Assembly: GCA_905235535.1 (NCBI GenBank)
Contig: CAJOLS010000004.1
Location: 1-50,677, forward strand
Source: an uncultured Bacteroidales bacterium
Lineage (GTDB): Bacteria; Bacteroidota; Bacteroidia; Bacteroidales; UBA932
Direction of reading: 5' to 3'
Length of the DNA stretch: 50,677 nt
Positions 20,418 through 29,251 of the stretch are shown piece after piece. Position numbers and translations under genes: made by a program. Under the pieces are notes generated by a model, which saw only the letters and a list, made by a program, of their open reading frames with translations, was not told the origin of the DNA and did not search any database. How positions within the stretch are numbered: the stretch's first letter is position 1; each line of letters opens with the position of its first letter.

Positions 20418-21488
20418 ATGCCGGGAAAAAAAGTAAAATGGATTATAGGCATTTCGCTGGCCACGCTGCTGCTGGTGGCCGGGGGAAGCCAGGTCTATTT
20501 TCTTCTCCGCTATCCCTATTTCAGGGAATATGCCCGCATCAACGGCGTAAACCTGGTCCAGGCCCGGGAAACCTGGGGGCACCCCAGCGAAATTTCCGAG
20601 GTGGCCATGGGACTGGCCGTAGAAGCCTCCCGCGAAAACTGGGAAGCCGTGGCCAGGATAGCCGCCAAGGACCGGAAATCGGAAGTGGGCACCTATTACT
20701 ACAATTTGGCCAATGCCATGAAGGGCCAGCTGGCCGACCGCCTGATGGACTACTACCAGCCCTTCGAGCGCGGGCTCTTCCTCCCCGTGGGAGAAAAGTC
20801 CCAGCCCTTTGTAATAGCCTGCGCCAGCGACGTGTGGTTTGCCCTGGGAGAAATGTCCATGGCCGAAAGGGACGCCATGCTGGGCATGCTGTTCTCCCCG
20901 GCCCACAACGGTTCCCGTTACCTGAAAAGGCTGGCGGAGACCAACCTGGTTACGGGGAATTACGAGACCGCCTCCAAGTACCTGAGGATGCTGGCCAACT
21001 CCCCGGCCGACAGGAAATGGGCCCTGGAACGCTTTCCGGAGACCAACTGGAGCCCGGAATACCGGGAAAGGATAGAGCGCAAGCGCGCCCTGCTGCCCCG
21101 CTTTGACCTGGTGCACGGAATGGACCAGACCCAGCTCACCCTGCGGGTGCTCCTGAACTCCAACCCGTCCAACAAGATGGCGCTGGACTATCTGCTGTGT
21201 TTCGACCTCCTAACCAAGAACCTGGATGCCTTTGTGGCGGATTATGCCCCTTCCCTCACCTCTTCCCACCTGTACGAGGAAGCCATGCTCATTTTCCTGA
21301 CTGCCAAGGGAGGGATGAACGAGGAGAACTTCCGGCACTACAACATCCGGGAAGAAACCGTCCGCCGCTTCAACCGCTTTGTCTCCATTTACCAGCGGGA
21401 CAAGGGCTCTTCCCAAAACATCGTGGGAGAATTCGGGAAAACCTATTGGTATTATTTCTATTATGCAGCCAGAAAAGAAAAGAGTTGA
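20418..21488 (+). CDS. Short DUF6057-like protein: one N-terminal TM plus the C-terminal helical domain (module 2)
   Basis: LKRLAETNLVTG, KYLRML, NKMALDYLL and KTYWYYFYY motifs shared with 26167-27900. Confidence 0.75.
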   Translation: MPGKKVKWIIGISLATLLLVAGGSQVYFLLRYPYFREYARINGVNLVQARETWGHPSEISEVAMGLAVEASRENWEAVARIAAKDRKSEVGTYYYNLANAMKGQLADRLMDYYQPFERGLFLPVGEKSQPFVIACASDVWFALGEMSMAERDAMLGMLFSPAHNGSRYLKRLAETNLVTGNYETASKYLRMLANSPADRKWALERFPETNWSPEYRERIERKRALLPRFDLVHGMDQTQLTLRVLLNSNPSNKMALDYLLCFDLLTKNLDAFVADYAPSLTSSHLYEEAMLIFLTAKGGMNEENFRHYNIREETVRRFNRFVSIYQRDKGSSQNIVGEFGKTYWYYFYYAARKEKS

Positions 21489-22932
21489 GTTCACAGGCAT
21501 TTTGCTGGGTGTCCTGCTGCTTCTCTCCGGATGCGGAGGGAAAACGGACGTGCGCCCTGTGGGCGGGGAAACCGACAGGACCGGATTCATTTTCCCCGAA
21601 TACTGCGACGTAACCATCCCCTGCAACATTGCCCCGCTCAATTTCTATTATACGGAACCCGAAGGAAAGCACTTTGTGACCACCTTTACGGCCGGGGAGC
21701 ACAGCTTCCGGCAGAAAGGGCGGGAGGTTTGCTGGAGGGAAAAAGACTGGGCCCGGCTGCTGTCGGCCCATACGGATATCCGCGTAGAGTCTTCTTACCT
21801 TGCTGGCGGCAGGCAGGAATCCTTCACCTGGGTTATCCACGTCAGCGAAGACCCTATTGACCCCTGCCTCACCTACCGGCTCATCGAACCCGGTTTTGAG
21901 GTGTGGGACGATTTGGAAATAGTGGAACGGAATCTGGAATCTTTCCAAACCCGCCTCCTTTCCGACTGGAGCCATACGGCCAACAACTGCATGAACTGCC
22001 ACATCCACAGCCAGGCCCGGGGAGACCTCTCCATGTTCTATATCCGCGGGAAAAACGGAGGCGCCATCCTCAACCGGAACGGCAGCCTGAGGAAGCTCAC
22101 CCTCAAGGATTCCAGCATGATTTCCCCCACCGTCTATGGGGAAATCCATCCCGCCGGACGCTTCGGAGTGTTCTCCACCAATATCATCGTGCCGGGCATC
22201 CATTCCTTCAGGGGAAAGCGGATGGAAGTCTTCGACACCGCTTCCGACCTCTGCGTGGCCGATTTTGACAACAACCGCATGCTCACCTTCCCCGCCTCGG
22301 CCCGGAAAGATGTCTTCGAGACCTTCCCGGTGTTTTCGGCCGACGGAAACTACGTCTATTACTGCGCCGCCCCGGCCAGACAATTGCCGGCCCAGGTGGA
22401 GCAGATGCACTATTCCCTGGTCCGCGTTCCCTTCGATGCCCAGACCGGCAGCCTGGGGGCATTGGCCGACACCCTCTGGAGCGCCCATGCCAACGCCGGT
22501 TCCGTCTGCCATCCCAAGGCTTCCCCGGACGGACGCTGGCTGCTTTTCACCCTGGCCGATTATGGCACCTTCCCCATCAACCACCCGGAATGCGACCTGC
22601 GGATGCTGAACCTGCAAACCGGAGAAATCCTTACCCTGGATGCCGTGAATGCAGACAAGTCGGACACCTATCACAGCTGGTCCTCCAACTCCAGGTGGTT
22701 TGCCTTTGCCTCCAAGAGGGGGGACGGCATGTTCGGCAAGCCCTATTTCAGCCATGTCTCCCCCGACGGAACCTGCGGAAAGCCCTTCCTGCTCCCGCAG
22801 AAAGACCCGCACTTCTACGACAACATGCTTCGCTCGTTCAATGTTCCGGACCTGGGCGACGCCCCGGTGAGTTTTGACGTAGGACAGGTGGGCCGATTAT
22901 GGAAAGATACTCCTTCTGAACCATTTGATTGA
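21463..22932 (+). CDS. TolB/PD40-like beta-propeller lipoprotein with CxxCH motif (module 2)
   Basis: Lipobox LSGC; CMNCH; ETFPVFSADG, SPDGRW, YHSWSSNSRW and KPFLLPQK. Confidence 0.82.
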   Translation: MQPEKKRVEFTGILLGVLLLLSGCGGKTDVRPVGGETDRTGFIFPEYCDVTIPCNIAPLNFYYTEPEGKHFVTTFTAGEHSFRQKGREVCWREKDWARLLSAHTDIRVESSYLAGGRQESFTWVIHVSEDPIDPCLTYRLIEPGFEVWDDLEIVERNLESFQTRLLSDWSHTANNCMNCHIHSQARGDLSMFYIRGKNGGAILNRNGSLRKLTLKDSSMISPTVYGEIHPAGRFGVFSTNIIVPGIHSFRGKRMEVFDTASDLCVADFDNNRMLTFPASARKDVFETFPVFSADGNYVYYCAAPARQLPAQVEQMHYSLVRVPFDAQTGSLGALADTLWSAHANAGSVCHPKASPDGRWLLFTLADYGTFPINHPECDLRMLNLQTGEILTLDAVNADKSDTYHSWSSNSRWFAFASKRGDGMFGKPYFSHVSPDGTCGKPFLLPQKDPHFYDNMLRSFNVPDLGDAPVSFDVGQVGRLWKDTPSEPFD

Positions 22933-22946
22933 TAATATTTTAGACT

Positions 22947-24713
22947 ATGAGAATTAAAATCCTTGCTATCGCTGCAGCCCTTGATTTCATCTTTCCTGCC
23001 TGCGGCAAGAACACAGAGACGGATGTAACACCCGTCAAACTCACCGCCCAACCCGCCGAACTGGTGTTTGGAGCGGAAGGCGGAAGCCAGCAACTGACGC
23101 TTACCAGCGGCATCCAGCCCACGGTGAGCTGCCAGGATGCCTGGGTGAGCCTGTCGGAAGGCACTTATTCCGGCAACAACTTCAGTATCAAGGTTACGGC
23201 CCAGGAGAACACCGGGACCACCGAAAGAACTGCCTACATCCGTGTTATCGGAGACAAGCAGAGCTTGATGGTGGCCGTGATGCAGAAGGTGGCCGAGGTG
23301 GAGCTGACGGCCGATAAGACCAGCGTTTCCTTCGACCGCTTTGGAGGGGAAACCGTGATCACTGTCACTTCCTCCACGCAGCCCTCGGCCAGCACCGATG
23401 CCAGCTGGTGCCTGGTGCAGGCGGGCACCATAGGCTCCGACAAAACCACGGCCATCACTGTAGCAGCTCCCGCCAACCGGAAAGCATCGGCCCAGAGCGG
23501 AACGCTCACCGTCACCTGCGGCACCCAAAAACTCTCCATTCCCCTTTCCCTGGAGGCTTATCAGAAACCCGGGACGGCCACCGCCACAGCCCTGTCTCCG
23601 GAGCTGGTCTTCGAGGCTATGGCCCCCGGCTGGAACATGGGCAACCACATGGACGCCATTTCCAACGACGTGGCCTCTGAGACCGCCTGGGGCAACGCCA
23701 AAGCCACGCAAGCCACCCTGGATGGGGTAAAGGCCGCCGGATTCAAGGCCGTTCGCATCTGCGTCACCTGGCAGGGCCACGTAGGAGAAGCTCCCGCCTA
23801 CCGCCTGGACGAAAAATGGATCTCCCGCGTGGAAGAGATTGTGGGCTATGCCGAGAAAGCCGGCCTGGTGGCCATTGTGAACACCCACCACGACGAAAGC
23901 TACTGGCTGGACATCAACAAGGCCTCCGAGAAAACCAAGGACCAGATTTTCAGTGTCTGGACCCAGATTGCCCGGCGCTTCCAGGACAAAGGCGAATGGC
24001 TGGTAATGGAATCCTTCAACGAAATCCAGGACGGGGGATGGGGCTGGAGCGCAGCCTTCATGGCCGATCCCAAGAGACAGTACGACATCCTCAACAGCTG
24101 GAACCAGGTGTTCGTGGATGCCGTGCGTGCCACCGGAGGCAACAACGCCACCCGCTGGCTGGGCATACCCGGCTATGCCGCCAATCCCCAGTTCACCATG
24201 GCCGGCCTGGTACTTCCCGAAGACTATACCAGTGCCAACCGCCTCATCGTGGCCGTCCACGACTACGATCCGTACAACTATACCCTGAGCAATCCCCTGG
24301 TGGAGCAGTGGGGACACACGGCCGACCCGGCCAAACGCTGCAGCGACCAGGACGAGAAGAATGTAGTCGATGTCTTTGACAACCTCAAGGCCGCCTACCT
24401 GGATAAGGATATTCCCGTGTACATCGGCGAATTCGGCTGCTCCCGCCACAAAGAGGAGGACCTTCCCTACCAGATGTACTATATCGAATACTTCTGCAAG
24501 GCCGCCGCAGACCACCTGCTGCCCATGTACCTTTGGGACAACGGAGTCTCCGGATCCGGTTCCGAAACGCACGGCTACATCGACCACGGGACCGGCCAGC
24601 TTCTGGACGACACGGCCAAAGAGCTGGTGGGACGCATAGTGAAAGCGGCCACCAACAAGGACGCCGCCTATACGCTGGAAAGCGTTTACAATTCTGCGCC
24701 CGTAAAGAATTAA
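22947..24713 (+). CDS. BACON-BACON-GH5_4 endo-glucanase/xyloglucanase-like lipoprotein
   Basis: Two BACON-like repeats, then PGWNMGN, NTHHD, ESFNE acid/base, VHDYDP, IGEFG nucleophile and WDNG. Architecture resembles BoGH5A. Confidence 0.88.
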   Translation: MRIKILAIAAALDFIFPACGKNTETDVTPVKLTAQPAELVFGAEGGSQQLTLTSGIQPTVSCQDAWVSLSEGTYSGNNFSIKVTAQENTGTTERTAYIRVIGDKQSLMVAVMQKVAEVELTADKTSVSFDRFGGETVITVTSSTQPSASTDASWCLVQAGTIGSDKTTAITVAAPANRKASAQSGTLTVTCGTQKLSIPLSLEAYQKPGTATATALSPELVFEAMAPGWNMGNHMDAISNDVASETAWGNAKATQATLDGVKAAGFKAVRICVTWQGHVGEAPAYRLDEKWISRVEEIVGYAEKAGLVAIVNTHHDESYWLDINKASEKTKDQIFSVWTQIARRFQDKGEWLVMESFNEIQDGGWGWSAAFMADPKRQYDILNSWNQVFVDAVRATGGNNATRWLGIPGYAANPQFTMAGLVLPEDYTSANRLIVAVHDYDPYNYTLSNPLVEQWGHTADPAKRCSDQDEKNVVDVFDNLKAAYLDKDIPVYIGEFGCSRHKEEDLPYQMYYIEYFCKAAADHLLPMYLWDNGVSGSGSETHGYIDHGTGQLLDDTAKELVGRIVKAATNKDAAYTLESVYNSAPVKN

Positions 24714-26167
24714 CGGGACCGGCGGAAACCAAACGGAACGCGCTCAGAAGCATTGACGGCCTTCTGGGCGCGTATTCTGTCCAGGGGCACCGGTCCGGTT
24801 ACGAAATCCGGGACATTGTAGGAATAGAACAAGTCCTCATAATAGGCGGCCGGGTTGCGCTGGGGCAGCATGAAGGGCTTTCCCGCCTGGCCGTCCTCCC
24901 CGAAATGGGCAATGTACAGGCGGGTGTAGGAGCCCGTGTCCCGGCGGCTGGAGAAGACAAACCAGCGGCTGTTGGTGCTCCAGTTGTGGTAACTGTCCGT
25001 ATCAGCGCTGTTCACCTCTTGAATGGAGCGCGTCTGCCCGGTTTCCAAATCCAGCAGCCACAGGTCCGACTCGTGGTGCCAGATGGAGAAAGTACCGTAG
25101 TCGCAAAGGGTGTACATCAGGTATTTTCCGTCGTAGGAAGGCCTGGGGAAGGTGATGCTCTTTCCCATGGCGTGCGCATCGATGACCGTTTCCACATCCT
25201 CTCCGATGGTGCCGGTTTCGGGGTCGAAGCTTACCTTCATCAGGTTATAGTGCGACAGAGGCAGTTCGGAGGGAATGCTAATCTGCGCCGCCCGGGTGAA
25301 ATAGAGGGTTTTTCCATCGGCCGAAAATACCGGAAAGGTTTCCCAGAGGCCCTCCTGCTTTACCTGGGGGGCCGATATCAGCTGGTTCTTCTGTACATCG
25401 TAAATCTGGAGGTCCGAAGCCAGGTCGAAGACTTCGATGATTTTGTCCGGCTGTACGTGGAAGCCCTGGCGGGTGTTGTTGGTGGAATAGGCAATGTACC
25501 GGCCGGAAGGATGCCAGTAGGGATATACGCAGAAGCCCAGGGTGGAATCTGTCCTGGTTTCGTAGGCATTCAGTTCCCCGTCCAGGCTCAGGAGCGTGGC
25601 CCCGTGGGCGCCGCGGATGTGGAGGGAAAAATCTTCCGGTTTTCCCCGCATGGAGGCGTGGCAGTTGACGCAACCGTCAAACTGGGTGTTTTCCAGCAGG
25701 GCCCGCTGCCTGAAAGAGGACAGCTCCCGCTCATAAATGCCCATGTGGCTGTAAATTTCATAACCGGGCTCCAGCAAACGGTATGTCAGGCCGTAGTCTA
25801 TGGCGTCCGGGGAAACGAAAATACCGAAACTCCTGTAGGTGGTCCACTTGTCCCCCTGGAGGCCGGAGACCGAAACTTGCAGGGAATCTCCCACGCTCTT
25901 TTCCAGCAAGCGGGCCCATTTCTTTTCCGGGAAACAGGTATAGGCGTTTCCATAGCTGCGAAGCTGCGTCCCGTCCGGGGCGGTGATCCGGACATCCAGG
26001 GCATCGGCCCCTTCCAGCTGGAAATCCAGGGGGGCGATGCTGGCCGGTATGGTTACGCCAACATAGTCCGGATAGATGGCCGGAAGCGCCTCCGAAGAAG
26101 CGGCGTCATGGACTTTGGGGCTGCAGGCTGCCAGAAGCAGGGCCAGCAGAAGGGGTGTTCTCTTCAT
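24710..26167 (-). CDS. TolB/PD40-like beta-propeller lipoprotein with CxxCH motif (module 3)
   Basis: Lipobox LAAC; CVNCH; YWHPSGR, ETFPVFSADG and YHNWSTNSRW. TGATG overlap with the upstream gene. Confidence 0.82.
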   Translation of the reverse strand: MKRTPLLLALLLAACSPKVHDAASSEALPAIYPDYVGVTIPASIAPLDFQLEGADALDVRITAPDGTQLRSYGNAYTCFPEKKWARLLEKSVGDSLQVSVSGLQGDKWTTYRSFGIFVSPDAIDYGLTYRLLEPGYEIYSHMGIYERELSSFRQRALLENTQFDGCVNCHASMRGKPEDFSLHIRGAHGATLLSLDGELNAYETRTDSTLGFCVYPYWHPSGRYIAYSTNNTRQGFHVQPDKIIEVFDLASDLQIYDVQKNQLISAPQVKQEGLWETFPVFSADGKTLYFTRAAQISIPSELPLSHYNLMKVSFDPETGTIGEDVETVIDAHAMGKSITFPRPSYDGKYLMYTLCDYGTFSIWHHESDLWLLDLETGQTRSIQEVNSADTDSYHNWSTNSRWFVFSSRRDTGSYTRLYIAHFGEDGQAGKPFMLPQRNPAAYYEDLFYSYNVPDFVTGPVPLDRIRAQKAVNASERVPFGFRRSR

Positions 26168-27900
26168 CAGGAGCGATATCTGTAATAATAGTAGAACCAA
26201 TAGGTGTCTCCGTATTCCTTGCGCATCTGGGCCTCGGGCTTGCGGGCCTGGTAGTCGGCTATGAAGCGCGTGATACGCTGGGCAAACACCGGGGACAGAT
26301 AGGGCGGAAGGCCGTTGAAATCTTCGTGGGTGTGTACCCAGCGGAGCAGGAGGGCTTCCTGGTACGCCTTGGGCATGACAGGGGCATTCACCAGTGAAAT
26401 AAACTCCACAAAACGGTCCAGGTCTTTCCTCAGGAGGGTCCAGGCCATCAGGTAATCCAGGGCTATGGAGTTGGAGGGATGCTCCACATGCAGAAGGCCC
26501 AGCATGGAGTCCATTTCCGTTTCGCTGAACATGAAATCGTGCTCTGTGAGGCGGAAATCACGGGCTTTCCCCAGTTCCGGCCTGCGCTCGAAGATGTCTC
26601 CGGAATCCAGCAGGGCCAGGGTTTCACCAGCCCACTTCTTATAAAACCGTGCATGCTGCAGGGCTCTCAGGTACTTGCGGGCAATGGGCCAGTCCCCGTT
26701 AACTATGTTGGTCTCTGCCAGGCGCTTGTAGCAGCGGGCGCTCTTCTGGAAGTCCGGGATGGCCTCCTGGGCCTCAAAAGCATAGCGCTGGGCGGTATTG
26801 ACCATGCCCAGATGCCAGTAGATTTCACCGGTGGAAACCGGATTGGTATAGTCTCCCACAAAACTGGGAAGAAGGCCTTCCGGGCCGTTTTGGAAATAGG
26901 AGAACTGGCTGTCCGGCATACGGCCTGTCATGGCCAGGGCCAGGTTGAGGCAGGAAACCGTCTTGGGGCTGTCGGGGTTGTGCCTGTCGGCACTCATCAT
27001 GATGCGGTTCCACATTTCCATGCGCACCATGAAATCGTAGCGCATCCATTCTTCCTTGGAAAAATCGGCCGTCCGGAGCACCAGCAGAATGCCGAAGGCC
27101 AATGCCAGCACCCAGGCGCCCAGGCCGGGAAGCCAGTTTTTCCGGAAAAGCCGGAAGCTGGAAAGCGCGGCGGCCAGAACAACGGAAAGGGCCGACAGCC
27201 ACAGCAAGGCCGGAACCAGATTGTGATAACGGAAGTAATGGATGCCGAAGGCAAGGCGCTCCAGGGGATAGGGGTAAATATGGCGGGCCGCCAGGGGGCA
27301 GAGGACCGCCAGCACCACCATGGCCGTAAGGACCGGGACAGCCTTTGCCCCCGGCCTCTTCCCTTCCCGGATGGCCGTAACCAAAATGAAAACCACCGCA
27401 ATGCCGCCGCAGGCCCAGTATAGAAGCGGAACCAGCACGGCCTCCAGGATATGCCGGGGCCCGTTTCTTCTCACAAACTGCGAAAGCGCAACGCCCGCCA
27501 GGGCAAGAAGGAGGGCCACAGCGCCTCCCACCAGGGCATTCTCGTCACAGAAGAAGGCCGCCAGAAGGAAAGAAGGCACAAAACTGACTGCATAGGAAAA
27601 GAGATTCTTTTCCGGGCCGATGGCAAAGGTGAGGAGTTGGATGCCAAGCAGAAGCACCGGCACAAGGAAGGCTCCCAGGGGAGCATAGTAGAAAAACTGC
27701 GTCACCAGACGGCCCATCCAGTCTGAGAGGCCGCCCGGCAGCCAGGCCACCTTGGCAAAATAGGACCAGGTAGATTCAAACAGCTGGTACTGCTCCTGGA
27801 AATGAAGGTGATAGGGATATTTCAAAGCAAAGAAGGCATACAAAACGATACCCATAAATACCGTCATGCCCCCTGCTATCCATTTCTGTGATTTTGACAT
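26167..27900 (-). CDS. Full-length DUF6057-like multi-TM membrane protein (module 3)
   Basis: FQEQYQLF...PGGLSDW...TQFFYY, multiple TM segments, KRLAETN and DTYWFYYYY C-terminus. Confidence 0.82.
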   Translation of the reverse strand: MSKSQKWIAGGMTVFMGIVLYAFFALKYPYHLHFQEQYQLFESTWSYFAKVAWLPGGLSDWMGRLVTQFFYYAPLGAFLVPVLLLGIQLLTFAIGPEKNLFSYAVSFVPSFLLAAFFCDENALVGGAVALLLALAGVALSQFVRRNGPRHILEAVLVPLLYWACGGIAVVFILVTAIREGKRPGAKAVPVLTAMVVLAVLCPLAARHIYPYPLERLAFGIHYFRYHNLVPALLWLSALSVVLAAALSSFRLFRKNWLPGLGAWVLALAFGILLVLRTADFSKEEWMRYDFMVRMEMWNRIMMSADRHNPDSPKTVSCLNLALAMTGRMPDSQFSYFQNGPEGLLPSFVGDYTNPVSTGEIYWHLGMVNTAQRYAFEAQEAIPDFQKSARCYKRLAETNIVNGDWPIARKYLRALQHARFYKKWAGETLALLDSGDIFERRPELGKARDFRLTEHDFMFSETEMDSMLGLLHVEHPSNSIALDYLMAWTLLRKDLDRFVEFISLVNAPVMPKAYQEALLLRWVHTHEDFNGLPPYLSPVFAQRITRFIADYQARKPEAQMRKEYGDTYWFYYYYRYRS

Positions 27901-27948
27901 CCTTATTGATGTTTATTATGGCATCCTTACTAATGCTCAGTTTAGTTG

Positions 27949-27986
27949 CAAATATAATGAAATCCCGGAAAAAATGCGTAACTTCG
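27949..27986. promoter_or_regulatory. Divergent promoter pair between module 3 and the Rid-like gene
   Basis: TATATTTG on the minus strand (27949-56) and TAACTTCG variant on the plus strand (27979-86). Confidence 0.45.
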
Positions 27987-27996
27987 TGCCTTGGAA

Positions 27997-29082
27997 ATGA
28001 ACACGCAAAACAGAACTTTTTCCTTCCAGGAAGGAGCGGTTACCGAATATCATGCTATAGTTACAGTGACCCGCCCGTCACTGGGTTTCCAGGAACAGTT
28101 GCAGGACGTACTGCAGGCGGCACAGGAGCTGTCCGCAGGAAAGACCGTCCACTTCCTCCGCTTTTTCCTCAGTGATGCCACCAATCAGATTTCCCTGCTG
28201 GAAAAAGCCCTGCAGGAACTTCCTGCCGTCCCCACTTCCGTAGTGCAGCAGGCCCCGTTAGACAGGAGCAAGATAGCCCTCTGGCTCTACTGTACCTCCC
28301 CCATGGACTGCTCCGGGGGGTTCCCTTCGCACGGCGGCTACACCCATCACTGGACCGGGTCCCTCACGGCCCCCGGCGCCGGTTCCCGCGAGCAGATGTA
28401 CGGCGTCTTCAAAGAGCTGGAAAAGAGCCTGAAACCCCTCTCCGTTGCCAACAATACCGTCCGCACCTGGATTTTCGTGCGGGATGTGGACTGCAATTAT
28501 GCCGGCGCGGTGGTCGGAAGAAAGGATTATTTCAACGAGACAGGCCTTACGGCCAACACCCACTATATTGCCAGCACCGGCATCGAAGGCCGCCACCCGG
28601 ACTGGAAAAACCTGGTGGAAATGGACGCCTACAGCGTGGGCGGCCTGCAGGAAGGGCAACTGTCCTATTTGTACGCCCTGGACCATCTGAGCCCCACCTG
28701 GGACTACGGGGTCACCTTCGAGCGCGGCTCCTGCGTCACCTACGGAGACCGCCGCCACATCTTCATCAGCGGAACGGCCAGCATAGATGCCAGGGGAGAA
28801 GTCCTGCATCAGGGAAACGTGGCCCTCCAGACAGGCCGCATGCTGGAGAACATATCGGCCCTGCTGGAAGAGGCCGGTGCGGGCCTGAAAGACCTGGCCA
28901 TGGGCATAGTCTATCTGAGGGACTTCTCGGACTACGAATGCGTCAAAGCCCTTGTGCAGGCCTCCTGCCCCAACATTCCCATCGTTTACGTGCAAGGTCC
29001 GGTTTGCCGGCCTTCCTGGCTGGTAGAAATGGAATGCCTGGCCGTCACCCGCGAAGGGAACGCCCTCTATCCCAATTTTTAA
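27997..29082 (+). CDS. Tandem Rid/YjgF-fold protein, FkbO/Hyg5 chorismatase-like
   Basis: VRTWIFVRD, ASTGI, TFERG, ISGTASID and VCRPSWLVEME motifs. Confidence 0.75.
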   Translation: MNTQNRTFSFQEGAVTEYHAIVTVTRPSLGFQEQLQDVLQAAQELSAGKTVHFLRFFLSDATNQISLLEKALQELPAVPTSVVQQAPLDRSKIALWLYCTSPMDCSGGFPSHGGYTHHWTGSLTAPGAGSREQMYGVFKELEKSLKPLSVANNTVRTWIFVRDVDCNYAGAVVGRKDYFNETGLTANTHYIASTGIEGRHPDWKNLVEMDAYSVGGLQEGQLSYLYALDHLSPTWDYGVTFERGSCVTYGDRRHIFISGTASIDARGEVLHQGNVALQTGRMLENISALLEEAGAGLKDLAMGIVYLRDFSDYECVKALVQASCPNIPIVYVQGPVCRPSWLVEMECLAVTREGNALYPNF

Positions 29083-29090
29083 GAGATTAA

Positions 29091-29251
29091 GAGTCTGTTT
29101 TGAAATGATTCAATAAATTCTTTATGTTTCTTTTTGGTAAATTTTCCTCAAAAATTTTCACCCATAGGAACCCCTGTGGCCAAAAATTTCCAAGAAAAAT
29201 TTCCACAAAATAAACTATAAATAAAAATATCAATCATTTCAAAACAGACTC
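29091..29251 (+). mobile_element. MITE copy 1 (161 bp)
   Basis: Perfect 20-bp TIRs GAGTCTGTTTTGAAATGATT; TAA direct repeats at 29088-90 and 29252-54; AT-rich; no transposase. Confidence 0.9.

Noticed and set aside
18427-26167. Annotation of the propellers as true TolB
   Set aside because: No tolQRA or pal nearby; they are lipoproteins with CxxCH and a different N-terminal domain.
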